NCBI RefSeq assembly: GCF_030684315.1
Contig: NC_081365.1
Location: 62,054,481 to 62,118,480 of the forward strand
Reading direction: 5' to 3'
Source of the DNA: Stegostoma tigrinum
Lineage: Eukaryota
Length of the DNA stretch: 64,000 nucleotides
Below the pieces are notes generated by a model. That model did no database searches and was not told the origin of the DNA. It worked only from the letters and a program-made list of their open reading frames with translations. Positions 48,950 through 64,000 of this stretch are shown one piece after another. How positions within the stretch are numbered: position 1 is the first letter of the stretch; each line of letters begins with the position of its first letter. The translations under genes were made by a program, and so were the position numbers.

Positions 48950-51794
48950 GAAACGTACATGAAAACACCGTTCATTTAGTTACCACTATTCTCCCTTCGC
49001 ACTTTTTGACTGATTTTTTGGATTTACCAGAATTATGCCAGCAGTGATCAGGGACTTAAGTAGAGAGACTGGAGAAATTGGGGAAAAGAAAAGATTTAGT
49101 AGAAGTTTTCTGAAGTATGAGAATTTTGATATCTTGGGGTAAGGAGAATGTGCTCCACAGTTAGAGGAGGATTGGCAACTACACCGAAAGTAATTGACAA
49201 AGACAAAATGACGGGCTGAGGAATTTTCACACTCCAGTTGCTGCAATCTGGACCGCTCTGCCTGAAAAATTCGGTAAAGGGAGTGAACTTCAAAAGAGGA
49301 GTTCACTATTCATTTGAAAAGGAAAGACCTGCAAAGCTCTGGATGATGAGCAAAAAACTTGGGAGTAATTGGATGGCACTTTAGGAGAGCTGGCACAGCT
49401 GAATGGGCCGAATGGCCGACTGTTGTGACTGATTCCACGAAATCTGATCGCAAGGTTTTCGCATTCCGTGCCTGCAGGTTTGTGTGAATCTGATCCTGGG
49501 CTGCAATATTTGAAAGACAGTGAAGCTCATAAACCCATGTTATGCTGCCAGTTGTATCTACTGGTCCATTGTGCTCGACTGTCATTAAATGTTTTATGAA
49601 AGAGTGGGCCGCAGTTTCCACAATTTTCCTACATTAAAATATTTCTAGTAAGCCTGTCGCATGTCTGGGTATGTAGCAACTGGACCATACTTGCTTTGAA
49701 TCTTGAGCTTCGAAGTGTGATTTTTTTAAATTCACTCCTCCACATCGTAAACCGTTACAATGTGAGGACACAAGAGCGTGTGGTGTAAGTGCTACCGGGG
49801 CATCACAATGAACATTGCACAGGGCTGGAACCTATCAATTATGAACTAAATAGCAAATACGATTCTGCAACTGACAATGCTAAATTTCACACGTTACATG
49901 AAGCTCAATTCTAGAGGTGCAATTTTAATAATGAGCAAGAATAAAATATGATAGCTGCATCACGTGTTTCATTAATACATTTCGGTTTACCGTTTTATCC
50001 TCACTGGCATGTACATGTTCATGTCAGTAATATAACGTGATTGTGGTTATATTTTCAAAGATTTTTGGCCAAGTTCCACTGTCTCTGCATGATTATTTCA
50101 CCTGAACCAACTTGTGACACACTACATTTAAGAAGTTTATCTGGATTGACTAAGATATTATCAACGTGTATCATGCTTAATTAAGTCTATGATCGGTACA
50201 GTGATTTTCCAATACTTTTTAGCAATATTGGTAGATTAATTTTACGGGGCAAATGCAATTGTTGAATTTAAAGCTTGTGATGAATGCTCACAACACTCAG
50301 TTGCCGTTGTTTTTCACTGCAGTTAGAACCAAACTGGTTTCTTGAATCCTGGACTGAAAAAAACGGCGAAGTATTTGTCAATATTTGGAAAGAAGAATAT
50401 GACTTGTATTTTGGTAATTGACTATTTTCAAAATAAAATCATTTAAATTCATGGCTGTGCTATGGAAGAAAATCACTTCAAAGCTTCACCATGCCGATTT
50501 CGTATTTAAACTGTTGCTGTTATGTGAACAAATAGAGTAACAAATCTATGCGCAACAGCAATGAGATAAATGATAAATTTCTGTTGATGGAGTTGGTTGA
50601 GCAACCAATTTTGCTTGCATTCTGAGAGCACTGATCTGAGCAGAAAGAGATGGCCTGGTTTTAAGTTCTCATCTGAAATGTATCTGTTTGTTTTCAGTAC
50701 AAAAGGTAGAGCTTTACAACCATGCATGCTCAAATCAGGCTTTGTTTCAGTAGGTTTGTAAGTACCAGGCAAAGAAACAGCAAAAAGGAAGTTGGGTGGT
50801 TGCTGAACAGGACTAGTTGAGGTTGCTGTGGGCGTTGTGATGTTCTATGTCAAAAGTCTTGGGTAGAGATTTTTTTTAAAGAAAACTAGATTTAGAAAAT
50901 CTGAGCAGAACAAAACAAACGCTCAGTAAATCTAAATGCTCACAATTAGCACATGCAAGGTTCATGTGACTACACTGCTTAAGAAATGGCCTGATATGAT
51001 TTCACATGCAATATTCCTCAAGAATCCTTTGAGCTTAGGTCATCGACTTCCAAAATTGCACCACATTTGCTTCTATTTTTCAAACGTAAAGTGGGCAAGA
51101 TCAGTTCCAATTTCCATCTCAATAACCGAAGTGCTACAGCACTCCTCTGTACGGCTCTAGAATGTCAGCTGAAGCACAGTGTGCTAGAACAAAAGACCTA
51201 CCTTCAGAGTTAGAGTATTACCACTGAGCTAAATTGATATTTAAAACTACATTGTTTTAAAAATTGAAAATGTAAATGTTATGAGGAGTGATGGTAGTTT
51301 TTTTTCATCAACATCACGAATTGTGCAGATTTGAAAGTTCGGATGTCTTAGTAACTTCTGCATATTTGATTCCTTTCACAGGTAGGTAACCATTGTCTGT
51401 CTGCATTTTGTATGTGAGCCTGCTTATTTTGTATGTTTTGTGCCAAAGTTTGGTCATGGTTCCAAAAATACACATTATTTAAAAGTGTTCATGTCATAAA
51501 TTTCTAACTCTTGTTTGAGATTGCATTTTTTATGAATATACCCCATTCTGAATTAGACTGAGTTTTCAAATAGGAGCAGATCTTGGATTGTTTTTGTTTC
51601 AATGATTAAGGTACTACTATTGCATATGTAAGAATTCTAAAATACTTGTTAATATAAATTTGGATTATCTGAGGGAGTTTTTTTTAGATATTCTATACAA
51701 TAAGTTTGTTTTAAATATTATCCAGAAAAGGTTCTTAGCTGTGGGAAAATCTTCTAGGGAGCTTCAGCAGAAGAAAAATGGAGATGAACCTTTC

Positions 51795-52585
51795 CACGAA
51801 ATGTAGAAACATAGCCCATTAAGCGTGCTTAGTCATTCAGTATGATCATGGCTCACATGCTTCTGTCACCCCCAGACGCTTGATATCTCCTCATTCTCTT
51901 TAACATCTTTATTATTAAGGTATCTATTTCTTTACAAATAATCAGTGACTTGTTTGCACTGTTTTCCGTGGTACAGAATTGCCCTTTCACCTTAGTACTA
52001 AATAGTTTACCCTGTATCCTGAGACCATGACATTTTGTTGAAGACCCAATGAACAAGAGAAATATCATTCCTGCATCCAGTCTGTCTGAACTTATTGTTT
52101 CAATGAAATCTTAAATCATCTGAACTCCAATAAAAAGAGGAGTTCTGAGGAAGGGTCACCGGAACTGAAACATTAACTATGTTTTTTCCTTCACAGATGC
52201 TGCTGGACCTGCTGAGCTTTTCCAGCAACTTTGTTTTTGTTTTGGTCCAATAAATATAGATCTAGTCAATCTATTCTTTCTCCATAGAACTATCCTACCA
52301 TCCAAACATTCAGTCTTGTAAAACTGTGTTGCAGTCCCTCTGTGGCAACGTCATCCTTGGAGATCAAAAAATACCAAAATGGCATACGATACACCGGATG
52401 TTTTCTTGCCAATACCCTGTACTGCCACAGTCAGACATTTTTGCTTCTGTATTCAAAAAGCTTTGCAATAAAGGCAACATACTATTTGCCTTCCTACCTG
52501 CTTGTTTTCAGTGACTGGTGGACAAGGACACCCAAGCCCCTTTGTACATTAACACCTCTCAATCTATAACCATTTAAGTAATACC
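51795..52585 (-). mobile_element. old CR1 LINE with nested PLE terminus (~52140-52245)
   Basis: CR1-type tail and body; inserted gagttctgaggaagggtcacc...ccagcaactttg. Confidence 0.55.
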
Positions 52586-55500
52586 AGGCCATTTTTTCCT
52601 ATTGAAGTTGTGTCCTTCAAGAGGTATGCTTGGCCAATACATCACTTTTATGTATGACTGATTAACATTTGTTACATAAATGAAATATCTGAAATTGAAA
52701 TTTAATTGAGTGACTTTTCAAATTACTTGCAACTACAATTCAGAAAATGTTTTTCTGAGGAAAATGAGATACAGATAGTCAAATTCCCAGACTTGTTCTG
52801 GTAAAAATGATCTTTCAGAATTTATCAGTTCTGAATTTTGAAGCATTTTAAACTTCCTTTTGCCCCAATTTTGATTTTATATCCAATTTCATCAAGTGGC
52901 ATTTCCTGGTGTAAAAAAAAACTAGCAAGGAAGCTTTCCTAAGTTCATTGTTGCTTTTGACCTTATCAGCACAGCATTCTTCAGAGCATTAGAAGATGAC
53001 TCCCTAATTTTCTTTTCCCCCTACCTTCTGGGGAGGTTTCTCAATGCTAATGCAGCATTTTCTGCTGGCACTCCTTGCACTCAACAATATAGCACATTCC
53101 AGCCATAAAGTTAATGATGGATCAATGTAGAACAAATGCACATCTTCTAAGTCAACCAGTGATTTGCACAAAATCTTCCAGATTACAAACTTCCCCTGAA
53201 CTGAACTTAAACTGTGCTCTATACTATGTACTCATGGATTAGATAAAAATAAAATATATAAAAATTTCAAGAACTTTATTTGACTACAGATTACCATATT
53301 CATTGTGATCTTTGCCTTTAAGCTAAGAACAATAAAATATACACAACAAATAACTTACATTATTGTTGAAAGATTCATGTAGGTATCACAAGAAAGACTA
53401 CTTTATGACTTCATGCTACACTTGCCACTTAGGAATAATGCAGTCTTTGAGAAACAGCTTTCAAAATTTAAAACATTGAATGCAATTCTTTACTAAGTAA
53501 AGTGCAAACCATAAAGCTGTTGCACAGCAACAGATCTTTATTCTTCAAAACAAGGTTATAACTACATCATCTTTAAAGCCTGTAAACTACACTCAAAGTA
53601 GAAATAATTTTCCTTATATCAATACACTTTATTTTTTTGGTCCATTACAAAAAAAATCTGTCACAATGTACAGTACAACAGAGGCATAATGCTTGGTGTA
53701 AGTGCCACAACTTGATATCCTTACTCAAGTATTTCTCTTTGAAATAATGACAATTATTATATAAAACTTCACAATTCATTTGTCAGTACCCATGCAGTAC
53801 ATATATTTTTTTTAGTTTATACAAATATCTCTTTTTAGATTTCAGCCTTGATTTGGAATCTATCCAAATCAAAGGGCATTATTGTTTGCCTGTCTTTCAT
53901 GGAGTGAATTCATATTCCATGTTCTGAAAGAAGGCCACTTTCTTGTTCACTTGCAGTGGACAGTTAGGAAAATGATCAGAATTAGAATATACTCTGGTTC
54001 AAAAAACGGTCTTTTGAAATATTATTTTTTTATAAAGTTCCTCCCTCCCTGTTGCAGATATAACCTCTAAAATTAGCTTAATTCACACACAAAAAGTATA
54101 TAATTCTTAAACTGATGATGCATTTTTTGTGTTTTTTTTTTGTTTTTTAAAGCATTAGATTCCTGCATATATACACAAGTAACTGGTCATTACAATGTGC
54201 GAAAAGATCTGTTAGCATACGTGGTCATTTAAGTCCACTATTTAATTTACAGCAGTAATGTTGGAATAATACGAGACATTGCTCAAGTATAAATTACAGG
54301 CTTGCAATAGCAGCAACAGCAGAGCTTGTGATCATGAGTACACCGATCTGTAATTTGACGTTAGGTTAAAAAACCTGCAAAGACAACCTAGTCTCACTGT
54401 GCTTGGCACAAATTTAATTTTTTCATTGAAAGTCAGATTAAATTGCTACTGCTGGAAAAATCTTTATTTCACTATCAAGACACTCATTCAATGTAACTCA
54501 TGTTTGACTATATCAAGTTTACTTAATTTGTATAATATCTTGACAAGTCTTTGCTAAGTCCCGGTTTAATTCAAAATCAGTCCTGATGTCACATAATCAT
54601 TTGTGTTAAATGCAAATGCTCTGCCTTTCCAAAACCAATCACCTACTGTACTGCACAATTCTAATATTTCCAATAATACATGAAGTGTATTTGTTATATT
54701 TAATTTTAATTGAAATTTCCTTCTAAAATATAAAATGTTCCCTATTTCTGGCTTTGAGTGGTTGGATTATTGTAAATACGTAGAAAGTGCAATTTTTGTT
54801 TCCTTTGGTACATTATTATCATGTGCAAACAACTTCACTGTATATCATTGTAACAATAATTTTTTTTGTGAGAATAGTAAATCTTTGAGTTTTTTTGCCA
54901 TTACCAAGTGTTCATAGTTTTGACAGGTATTGAAAAAGAAATTATGGTGTATTAAATTTCACTGTAGGCACAAAAGTGGTTAAGTGACCATGAAGCTGTT
55001 AGATTGTAATAAAAGTCCAACTGGTTCACTAATGCCCTTAGGACTGGAAACTTACTGTCCTTACCCAGACTGGATGATATATGAATCTATACTCTTGCAA
55101 GGATGGTTTACTATCCTCTGAAATAGTCAAGCAAACCACCCACTTGCATCAAACCTCTATCTGTGGCTCAGGAGCAAGACCCAACACGAGTGTAAATATG
55201 AATAAGCAAAACGTTTGGGCTTGCCAATGATTCACGCAGCCTGAAAATTAAATTTAAAACAAAAATCATCCCAGAATTTAAAAGCCCATCTTCATCATAC
55301 TTGAATGCAAATCTATAACATTCTGGCTGAAAGTGGCACCCAGTTTACTGGAGTCCAAACCTCATACAACAGGAATGACAGTGATTACTGATCAAGGTTC
55401 ACAGTAACTGTTGCAATGGAAGCTAAGAATGAAGAGGTGTGCACAGTTGAGATCCAACTATGGAAATCTCCATATGAAATAATTGAGTTTTGAATACTGT

Positions 55501-55899
55501 TAATAGGTCTTGAAAACTATACTGACCATCAGTGGTCCTGAGCTGTTTACAATAACGTACATCAAAAAAACTTGTGAATTTACGTATCTAGGTTATGTGC
55601 ACATCTATGATGAGGTGATAAAATAATGATGAACAACGCACACCTGTTTAAAGCAACATAGAAAACTAGAAATTAGGTAGTAAAATACAAAATAAGTTAG
55701 AACAAAACAGAATGAAGAAATTAGCAGAGATGGGTGCTGTAGAGTCAGGGTTCAAATTAAGATATTAACAGTTTATCCTGCTGAATATCTCCACCATTTG
55801 GAGGTACTTTTTACCTTAATATTTGGGCAATAAAGTGACAGAGTGCATTACTCATTCATTATAGAAATGAGTTTTTTTTCTTTATTTCAGTGGAAATGA

Positions 55900-56395
55900 A
55901 TAGAGTCATAGAGATCGACAGCTCATAAAAAGGCTCATTGTGTCTGTGCTGGTCAAAAACAACCAGCTAACTATTCTAATCCCATTTCCAAGCACTTATC
56001 CTATAGTCTTGTATGACTTGGCATCAGACGTGCACGTCTAAATACTTCTTAAATGTTATGAGGATTTCTGCCTCTACCATCTTTACAGTTATTGACTTCC
56101 AGATTCCCACCACTCTCCAAGTGAACAACCTCACATCTCCTTTAAACCTTTTGCTTCTTCTCTTAAATCTATGCCTGGTCATTGATCACTTCATCAAGCG
56201 GAAATGTTTATCCTCTCCACCGTGCCTATGCCCCTCATAATTTTATACATCTCAATCACAGTCCTTTTCAATCTCTTCTGCTTTCAGGAAAACAACCTTG
56301 GTCTGTCCAATCTTTCTTTATAGCTAAAATACTTTAGCCTGGGCAACACCCAGGTATATCTCCTCTGCGCACACTCCAATGCTATCACATTCCTA
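55900..56395 (-). mobile_element. CR1 LINE 3' fragment
   Basis: atagagtcatagag tail and tatgcccctcataattttatacatctc body. Confidence 0.65.
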
Positions 56396-59300
56396 TCAGA
56401 TAGCTATCAATTAAACAATCTGCTCTGTCAATTTATTTGGCTATGTGATCAAGGTCAAAATGACCTCTGTTATATTTCTAATTGATTCTTAAATGGCATT
56501 TGTCTTTAGACAAGTAGTATGTGTAATATATGCATTCTGAATTTTGACAAGGACCTTTTGACTTCTCTTCTTTCCCCTTGATCTTTGATTTATTTGCTAA
56601 TGCATTTTCCAATTTGGTTCTAAAAGTCCACAGCCATAGTCATTGACATCTGTGCCTCATTGGAAGTCAGCAAGAATTATTAAAATTACATCAGGCCTAG
56701 GATATCCTGAATGCCAGTCTTGTGGCTGTATTTTGGGGATCATCTTGTGGTCACAGAATTTGTACTCAGCCTTCACATGAACATTATTATGGAATGGCAG
56801 TAAGATGGACATCCTATATGTCAGGAAATCTAGACTCTTGAATCTTGAAACAATCAGTGTAAATTGTGGGTGTATACTGCCAGGAGATTTTCAATGCATG
56901 CTTGCCAATGCCTAGAACATGCATATCTGCCACAGATGCCATGGTGGAGCTCTAAGGAGTGCATGTAGCACCCAATGAATGGGAACAATATTTCAAATGG
57001 TTACAATTAGCATTCAAGTCCAACCCTTTCACAATCTGGTTTGACTCGAAAATAGCATGCATGGTCAATCAAGTAATTGTCCTCCAGGCTGCTGAGACAT
57101 TTTCACCATATACTGTTCTATTGTGTTGTGTGATTGAATGTTCCATATCATCATTAGGCATGACTTGGGTAATGTTGGTTATTATTTTACATTGGGTGAT
57201 AGAATGTATCATGTAACTCAATGGCTACTTTCTACATTCTGGATCAGGTTTCAAGTTGATATGTTCAATTCAAACAAGAAATGGCATTACTTGCTGTTTA
57301 ACAGCAATTTTTGATTGGGGAAATCTTATGAAGTAATAGTAAATACACAGTGCATGGCAAAATTCATAATTTTGTAATGCAGTACTGCAGAAGATAATTA
57401 CCCTAATTTCAAAAGGGATGTCTTAATAACCATAGTTCTGCAAACAAATGGACCTTTCTGAATTGCAGACTGTCCAAATAAGGTGAGGTTAATGGAACTT
57501 CTCTGCCTGCAAATTATTTGTGTCTTCATTTGATTGCAAACAAAACACCACAATGAAACCATTCATAAATCAAAGATTATGTGACAGAATTTAGCTCAAC
57601 CTGTTCAAGACTTTCAGAATAAGAACACTATAATTTCAGTCATAAATGTAAAGTACTGCATGCAGGACAAACTGGTACTGAGATATGAATACCCTTCAGG
57701 CTTTCTGCTATTTGCACTGCTTCCATGATGATTGATTTAATCACTGGTCTCAGCCATTCTTCAACTGGTCACCAGTTAGAACACAATAGCAACTGGTTAT
57801 AACTCTCCTCTGTGTGATATTTCCCCTAAATACTGTAACTGAGACAGGAGTTCAGTGAAATGGAGAAATGACCACTCTGCATTGCTACACTTCTACATTT
57901 CATGATGCTGAACCATTCTTGAACTGTGGTGTGCTAAAGTTTCAATAGTTAGATCTCCTTCAAATTTCACTGTGCTCAGGATTTATGGGGGCGTATGAGG
58001 GTTGCTGAACTAGTAGTACATGATTGACTATTTTATGCATGTCTCCATTAAATAGTTAACTTTGTTCAAAGAACGAAGGGACAAGTGATGGTTTAAATGG
58101 TGAGTCAATTTTTTTTGTACTGTGATGAGCATGAATGCAGGTGCATGAAGAACAGAGCTAAACCATAAAGATGCAGTCAAATAGACCTAGAATATTTTTC
58201 CAGAAGGGCCAAGAGCTAATTTTACAGATTTGCTTAAAATTATGGCAAATTATTGTGACAGTTTTAAAAACTGAAGATTCTTTAATTATACATAAATCAC
58301 ACATTCGCATAATACAATCATGCTTTTATTGCTGATCTGATTGCAAGCTTGAAGACAGCTTGATCTGAAGCTTATTCTTTCCAGGCCAGAATAAAACATC
58401 ATTAATATAAATATTTTAAGGCTGACTTTGACATCAGGCACAGCATGGACATGGTGTGGGTGGAAACTGGGAAGGTAGCAGGTGAAGACTCGGTGGGCAT
58501 GAGCACAGGTCAGGACGCCTGCTGGCAGAGGACAAGATGCAAGCGGGTGCTGCAAGCAGAGCTCGAGGGGTCAGTGGGTGCTGCACAGGCAAGCAGTGGG
58601 TGAAATGTAGATGGATAACTGGTGGAATGCAGTTAAGCAATCGTGGGCAGGTTGCGAATGAGGTGTACTGGCTATTTGTACTGGTGTGAGGGTCAAGCCA
58701 TTAACAGGCCTGATTTACATTCTGCCAGTGAGCTATTGGTACCCTGATGCATCTTGCTGATATGCAGATAATAGAAGAGCGAGAATCTGGGCATAGTAGA
58801 AGGGGTGTCAGGGAACTGTGAGGTGATGCTGGAAAGCTTTGGAAAGTGTAAGAACCAACCTGTTTCTCTTAATGGGTCAGAAAGAGTGTACTGTTCTTCT
58901 TGGCCCCACACTAAAGGCCACATCTTGAGAGAAGTTTTGTATTTGCTGCTTTGACTGTATATTTCCCAATATAAAAAGGTGCCTGGCACAATGTGTCCAA
59001 TTTAACCTTGTAATTGCAGCATGCACATCACAGAATCTCAATTTGCATTCTGCTACAAGTCTCTGGCATGCTGCAGATAAGCTTCCATTTGAGAACTCTG
59101 GGGGAAAAAATGGTAGCTGGTAGTGGCATTAGCAGCACGGTGATTTTTCTTCTAATGTCTCATTCTACCGGGCTGAGTCTCTAAAGATGGTCTTATTGGG
59201 TTATGGGGATGGAAGCTATGGCTGTATCGATGCACTGCACTGTAATGTGGCAGTTTTCAGAGGAGGAGGAGAGGGAGGGAGACAGTGTGACAGAGAGAGG

Positions 59301-59886
59301 GATATTCCACTTATCCAAGTGCCTAACGCATATGAGCTAGAGGGGGCTTGATAGTACAAAGCAGATCCATTTTCAGGCCATTCCTCATAACCTGCTACAT
59401 CTGTGTTCAGAGAATCATGTGCAACATGTGTGCAGAAGGAAAAAAAGGAAATACAATATGAAACCTATGAGCTCAAATTCTTCATAGGTTCTTTTCATGC
59501 TAACTTATTTATATCAGTCAACTTGCAAGGGCATGACTGCCATTCTGGTAGGGAAAAAAATCTCAATGTCATTTTTATCATTGGCACATCACAATAACAT
59601 CACATGTAAGCCACAGAACGATGTTATCATGACCCAAGTGGCATCATCAAGACATCTATTTATAAGGAGGGACAAAGCTTGCCCAAGAATCTTACAAAGA
59701 CACAGTGTCTCTTCAGTCAAACTATAACACCTCCCCATTTGAATCCAGTATCTAATGCAAAGTCAACATACATTTGAATTAAATCGGAGTCTCTGTACTA
59801 AGAAAATACTTACATCATGACTCACCAGTAAAAAGTAAGCAGTCAAAAAATGATTATATTTAATACAAGGCCTGCTGAGAAACTGT

Positions 59887-60141
<255 letters not shown>

Positions 60142-63100
60142 CTATTAAAGCAGGAAAAATAAATGTACAACAGTATTTGAAAATGCAATACTTTACCCGA
60201 ATTCAAGTGTTTATTACAACATGCAATCATAGACTTATTTTCAGTAACTTAATTGAGCTATATTTTGTAAATAGAAATTTGTAATTGTTGGAATTACCTT
60301 TAACAGCTATGTTGTTTCAATACACCTATGTATTGGAAATACATTTTATATATGAAATCCTGGTAAATATGTAGAATGGAAGGTTAAACTGTGAAGGTAA
60401 TAGAATTTTAACCTCAGAACAATTGGCTGACTGGCTAGCGAAAGTTGTTACAGAATTTTGAAAGTAAATCAAGTGGATTTTTCATTCACTATATTCAATC
60501 CTTTTGAATTAATTATGATGTAAAGTTATTTTTAACATGGGTACTCTTTGGCAGACTAGCTAGAAAAAACATTTACAGCAAATCGTTTTAGCAGCTGATT
60601 AGTTGGTCACGTTGCACTTGCCGATTTGTGAACAGCTGTGTTGAAAAATAAATGAGCAATTTGACAGGGTCAGTCTCGCGCTGGTTGTTGCTTGGCAGGT
60701 TTTTCTATCTGAAGGGCATTATTTTTGATGAACTCAAATATAAACTTGATGTGACCCAAGATTCAAGACAGGCATGTTCTTTATAACTATGCATGACCAC
60801 TTTGAGGATGATTGTCTTTTAGAGACATGTGTGTAATTATAGATAGGTGAAATGAACTATAAATAAAAGAATTCACATCTAATTGAGAAGACGGATTAAA
60901 AGGTGGAGAAAGCTGTTGCACTTGTGAAGAGAGAGATGTGGGCACTGAAAAGAAATGCAATATTTTGGGCATTCAGCAGCAAACATTCAACGAGTTTATA
61001 TTTCACCCTGTATTTGATGTATATATCTGGAAATGGGTTACCTGTTGACTTGCAAAGGCCATACTTATTTGAGCATAAATAGAAATCTCAGTTCATAGGA
61101 AGGGCATGTATGTTCTGCAAATGCTTTCTTTGAAGACCAATGAATAGCATTCCAAAATACCCAGATCATAATATTACACAGCAAGAAAAATAATGTGCCT
61201 TTTTAACAGGCTAAATTCACAAGAAAATATAAACTCAAAGGCAAGAAGTTGATTACATTTTCTTCAACTTGTAACATTATGTTGAAAATAGATGGATGAG
61301 AAAATCTAATCAACTTTTGTCAGTCCATTAAAATGAACAAATATAATCACAGAGTAAGGTGATCTGAATTGAACAGTGCACCTGAATAGGGAAAAAAGAA
61401 TGAAAGAAATATAACTAGACATACCAAAATTAAATAAACAATTTCTATTTCAACAATTCTTGTGCTAATTTTGTACATTTGTTGATTAGAGTTCAGGAAC
61501 ACAAAGGTGATCATGAGAGTTGCTGGACCATCAGCATCAACTGCCAGGTTTTCCATTACCTGAGGTAGTCGTTTCTTGGTCATCTCTATTCTTGCTGACA
61601 CATGTGGGAGCTTTTGCACGAATAGCAGCAGTTGGAGCCGCCTGCACTTTGTAAAATTTCAGAGCCTAACTTTCCTGCTGCCATGGTTAACTGGCATCGC
61701 ATAGTTAATAAATCAGGTGATCTGCAGGCTTGTGCTGTCCAGGAATCTGGCTGAAGACGTATCTGCTGGATTAGATATAGACCCAAAGCTATGCCAAACT
61801 GCTTCTCTGGTGCCAAATATAATCTCCCAGCTAAAAGGATGTAACTACAGTCAAACTGCATTGCAACTGAAAGTCAAGAACATTACTTCCATCTCCACAG
61901 ACTCTCTAGTTTTAATTCCTAACTCATTCTTGTCTCAGCTAAAAGCCATTATCCATACCTTTGTTAACTCCACATTTAGTTTCTCCAATGTTTTGTAACA
62001 TTGCCCTTTACTACACCTGTCAAGTTGAGACCCTCATTCATGCCTATATTACCCTCTGTTTGACTGTTCCAACTCTCTTCCAGCTGGCTAAAAATCCTCT
62101 ATACTTTTCACAAACCTTAGCTCAAATAAAATGTTGTTATAGCATTTCTAACTTGCACCAAATCTCATTTATTTATCAACTTTATGTTCGCTGACTTAAG
62201 TTGGGTGTTCGGTCTGTCAACTCCTCAATTTTAAAATTCCCAAATTCTCAAATTCCTCCACGGCTTTGTAACATTTCCCAGTCTTAAAAAGTTCTGCAAT
62301 TTCGATGCTTCTTCAGTTCTGGACTTTCTTGCCTCCTCAACAGTAAATGCTCAACAGTTGGCAAGCTTGCATTTAGCTACCTCAAGAGAGATCAATCCAG
62401 CACTCTTAACTGTTCTGAACTGTACAACTTGATGCTTATTCTGTATAACGTCCTGCCCTTTGCGATTCCCAGTGTCTTACTATTGTCCTATATATTGACT
62501 TAAAAATACTCATAACTGCTTACAGAACTTTCCAAGACCTCCCTCTGTGCTATATCTGGAGCAGTCTCCAACCCTACACTTCAGCCTCCAGTCTAAATCT
62601 TTAGAACTTTCCACCAGTGGGGGCAGACCATTTTGGCATCCTGTCTGTACTCTGCCTCCTTTATTTTTTCTGACCAATTCAACAGACTACTCAAAACTGA
62701 TGTATTTGACCTCTTCGACCAAAGCTCTTCAAGTTCCTGATGATTTCTAAACTAGATACTTTTCTTTGAACCTTAACATACAGTACAAACATGAGGAGAT
62801 CATGTTACCCCCAAAGTGATAAACAACTGTAACTAGTTGCTGAGTTTAGCCCAGCTATGAATTATTTCCCTGTTCTAACCTGGACTAATTGAAGCATCTT
62901 TCATGGTGCTCAGGTCCAAAGTCTTAGTTTAATCCTGTAACCAAACCAGTCTAGCTTTGAGCGATATACTGCATAACTTTGTTGATCCACTGGGGATCGT
63001 ATACCTTTAAAGATTTAATACTATTACAGTGTAAAGCAAAACAATAAGAAACTACATTTACATTATTTATTTAAATAAGAAAACATCTCAAAGCATATCA

Positions 63101-63756
63101 TAGTTCAGGCTCGTAATTGGGATTGCATCTCATCAAAGAATCATGTTGTTAAAGCACGAAAGGTGCCATTTCGCTCAGTTTTGAGAAACTCACTCATTCT
63201 CCACTTTAAGACAGCGCAGCGATAGTCATGAAATTGAGGCTGGCACTCTTGTCAACTCGGTGAAGAATATGAGAATGTTGAGGAGAGATCTTTGGGGAAT
63301 AGCAGAGATGGCTTTGCAAGCGTGAGTAGAAATACCACTGCTGGGCTTTGTTGGATTTGGTAGTACAGGTAGTTACAGAACCACGTAATGATAGCATCAC
63401 AGAGGTGAATCACAGAGATGAGACAGAATAGAATGCCATGGTTGACTGGATCAAAAGTGACAAAGGAGAACTTGGAGATTATAGCTTTGTGGACAACATC
63501 ATAAAGAAGATTCTTTGAGTGTATAAACTTGTTTGTCGACTGCTTGTCTAAACAATCTGGTCTCAGAGTTGTGTAGAACAGGCACTGACTGAAGGAATTT
63601 AATTTTTGAATTAAATTCAGAAGAAATGCTGGATATCAAGTCGTGTGGTGGTGATGCATTCCAGACCCTTTGAAAGAAAGGGTAGGATGAAAAAAGACAC
63701 AGAGAAGTTACAGCCAGTTAATTCTAACTAACTTAACAATAATTATTTATTTTTTA

Positions 63757-63999
<243 letters not shown>

Positions 64000-64000
64000 A

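Overview
Eukaryotic, vertebrate genomic DNA. The repeat content (CR1-type LINEs, HE1-like and Deu-domain SINEs, Penelope-like elements) points to a shark; that taxonomic call is an inference. Four recognisable genes: GTPBP8 (minus; first two coding exons, plus candidate 5' leader exons up to a CpG island at ~9.1-9.5 kb), SMPX (plus; complete 83-aa CDS in three exons), KLHL34 (plus; 613-aa single-ORF BTB-BACK-Kelch CDS in a GC island) and the last two coding exons of CNKSR2 (minus; ends SYIETHV). SMPX-KLHL34-CNKSR2 matches the human Xp22.12 order. The most unusual signals are: (1) short fold-back Penelope-derived insertions with 12-14 bp target-site duplications whose termini carry minimal hammerhead-ribozyme-like cores; (2) an interleaved A-B-A'-B' inverted duplication abutting a Penelope fragment in an SMPX intron; (3) an isolated ~100-nt hairpin upstream of KLHL34; (4) a 1.4-kb C/A-rich satellite starting right after the KLHL34 stop codon. 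Gene names come from my recall of homologous proteins, not from a search. Repeat boundaries are approximate.
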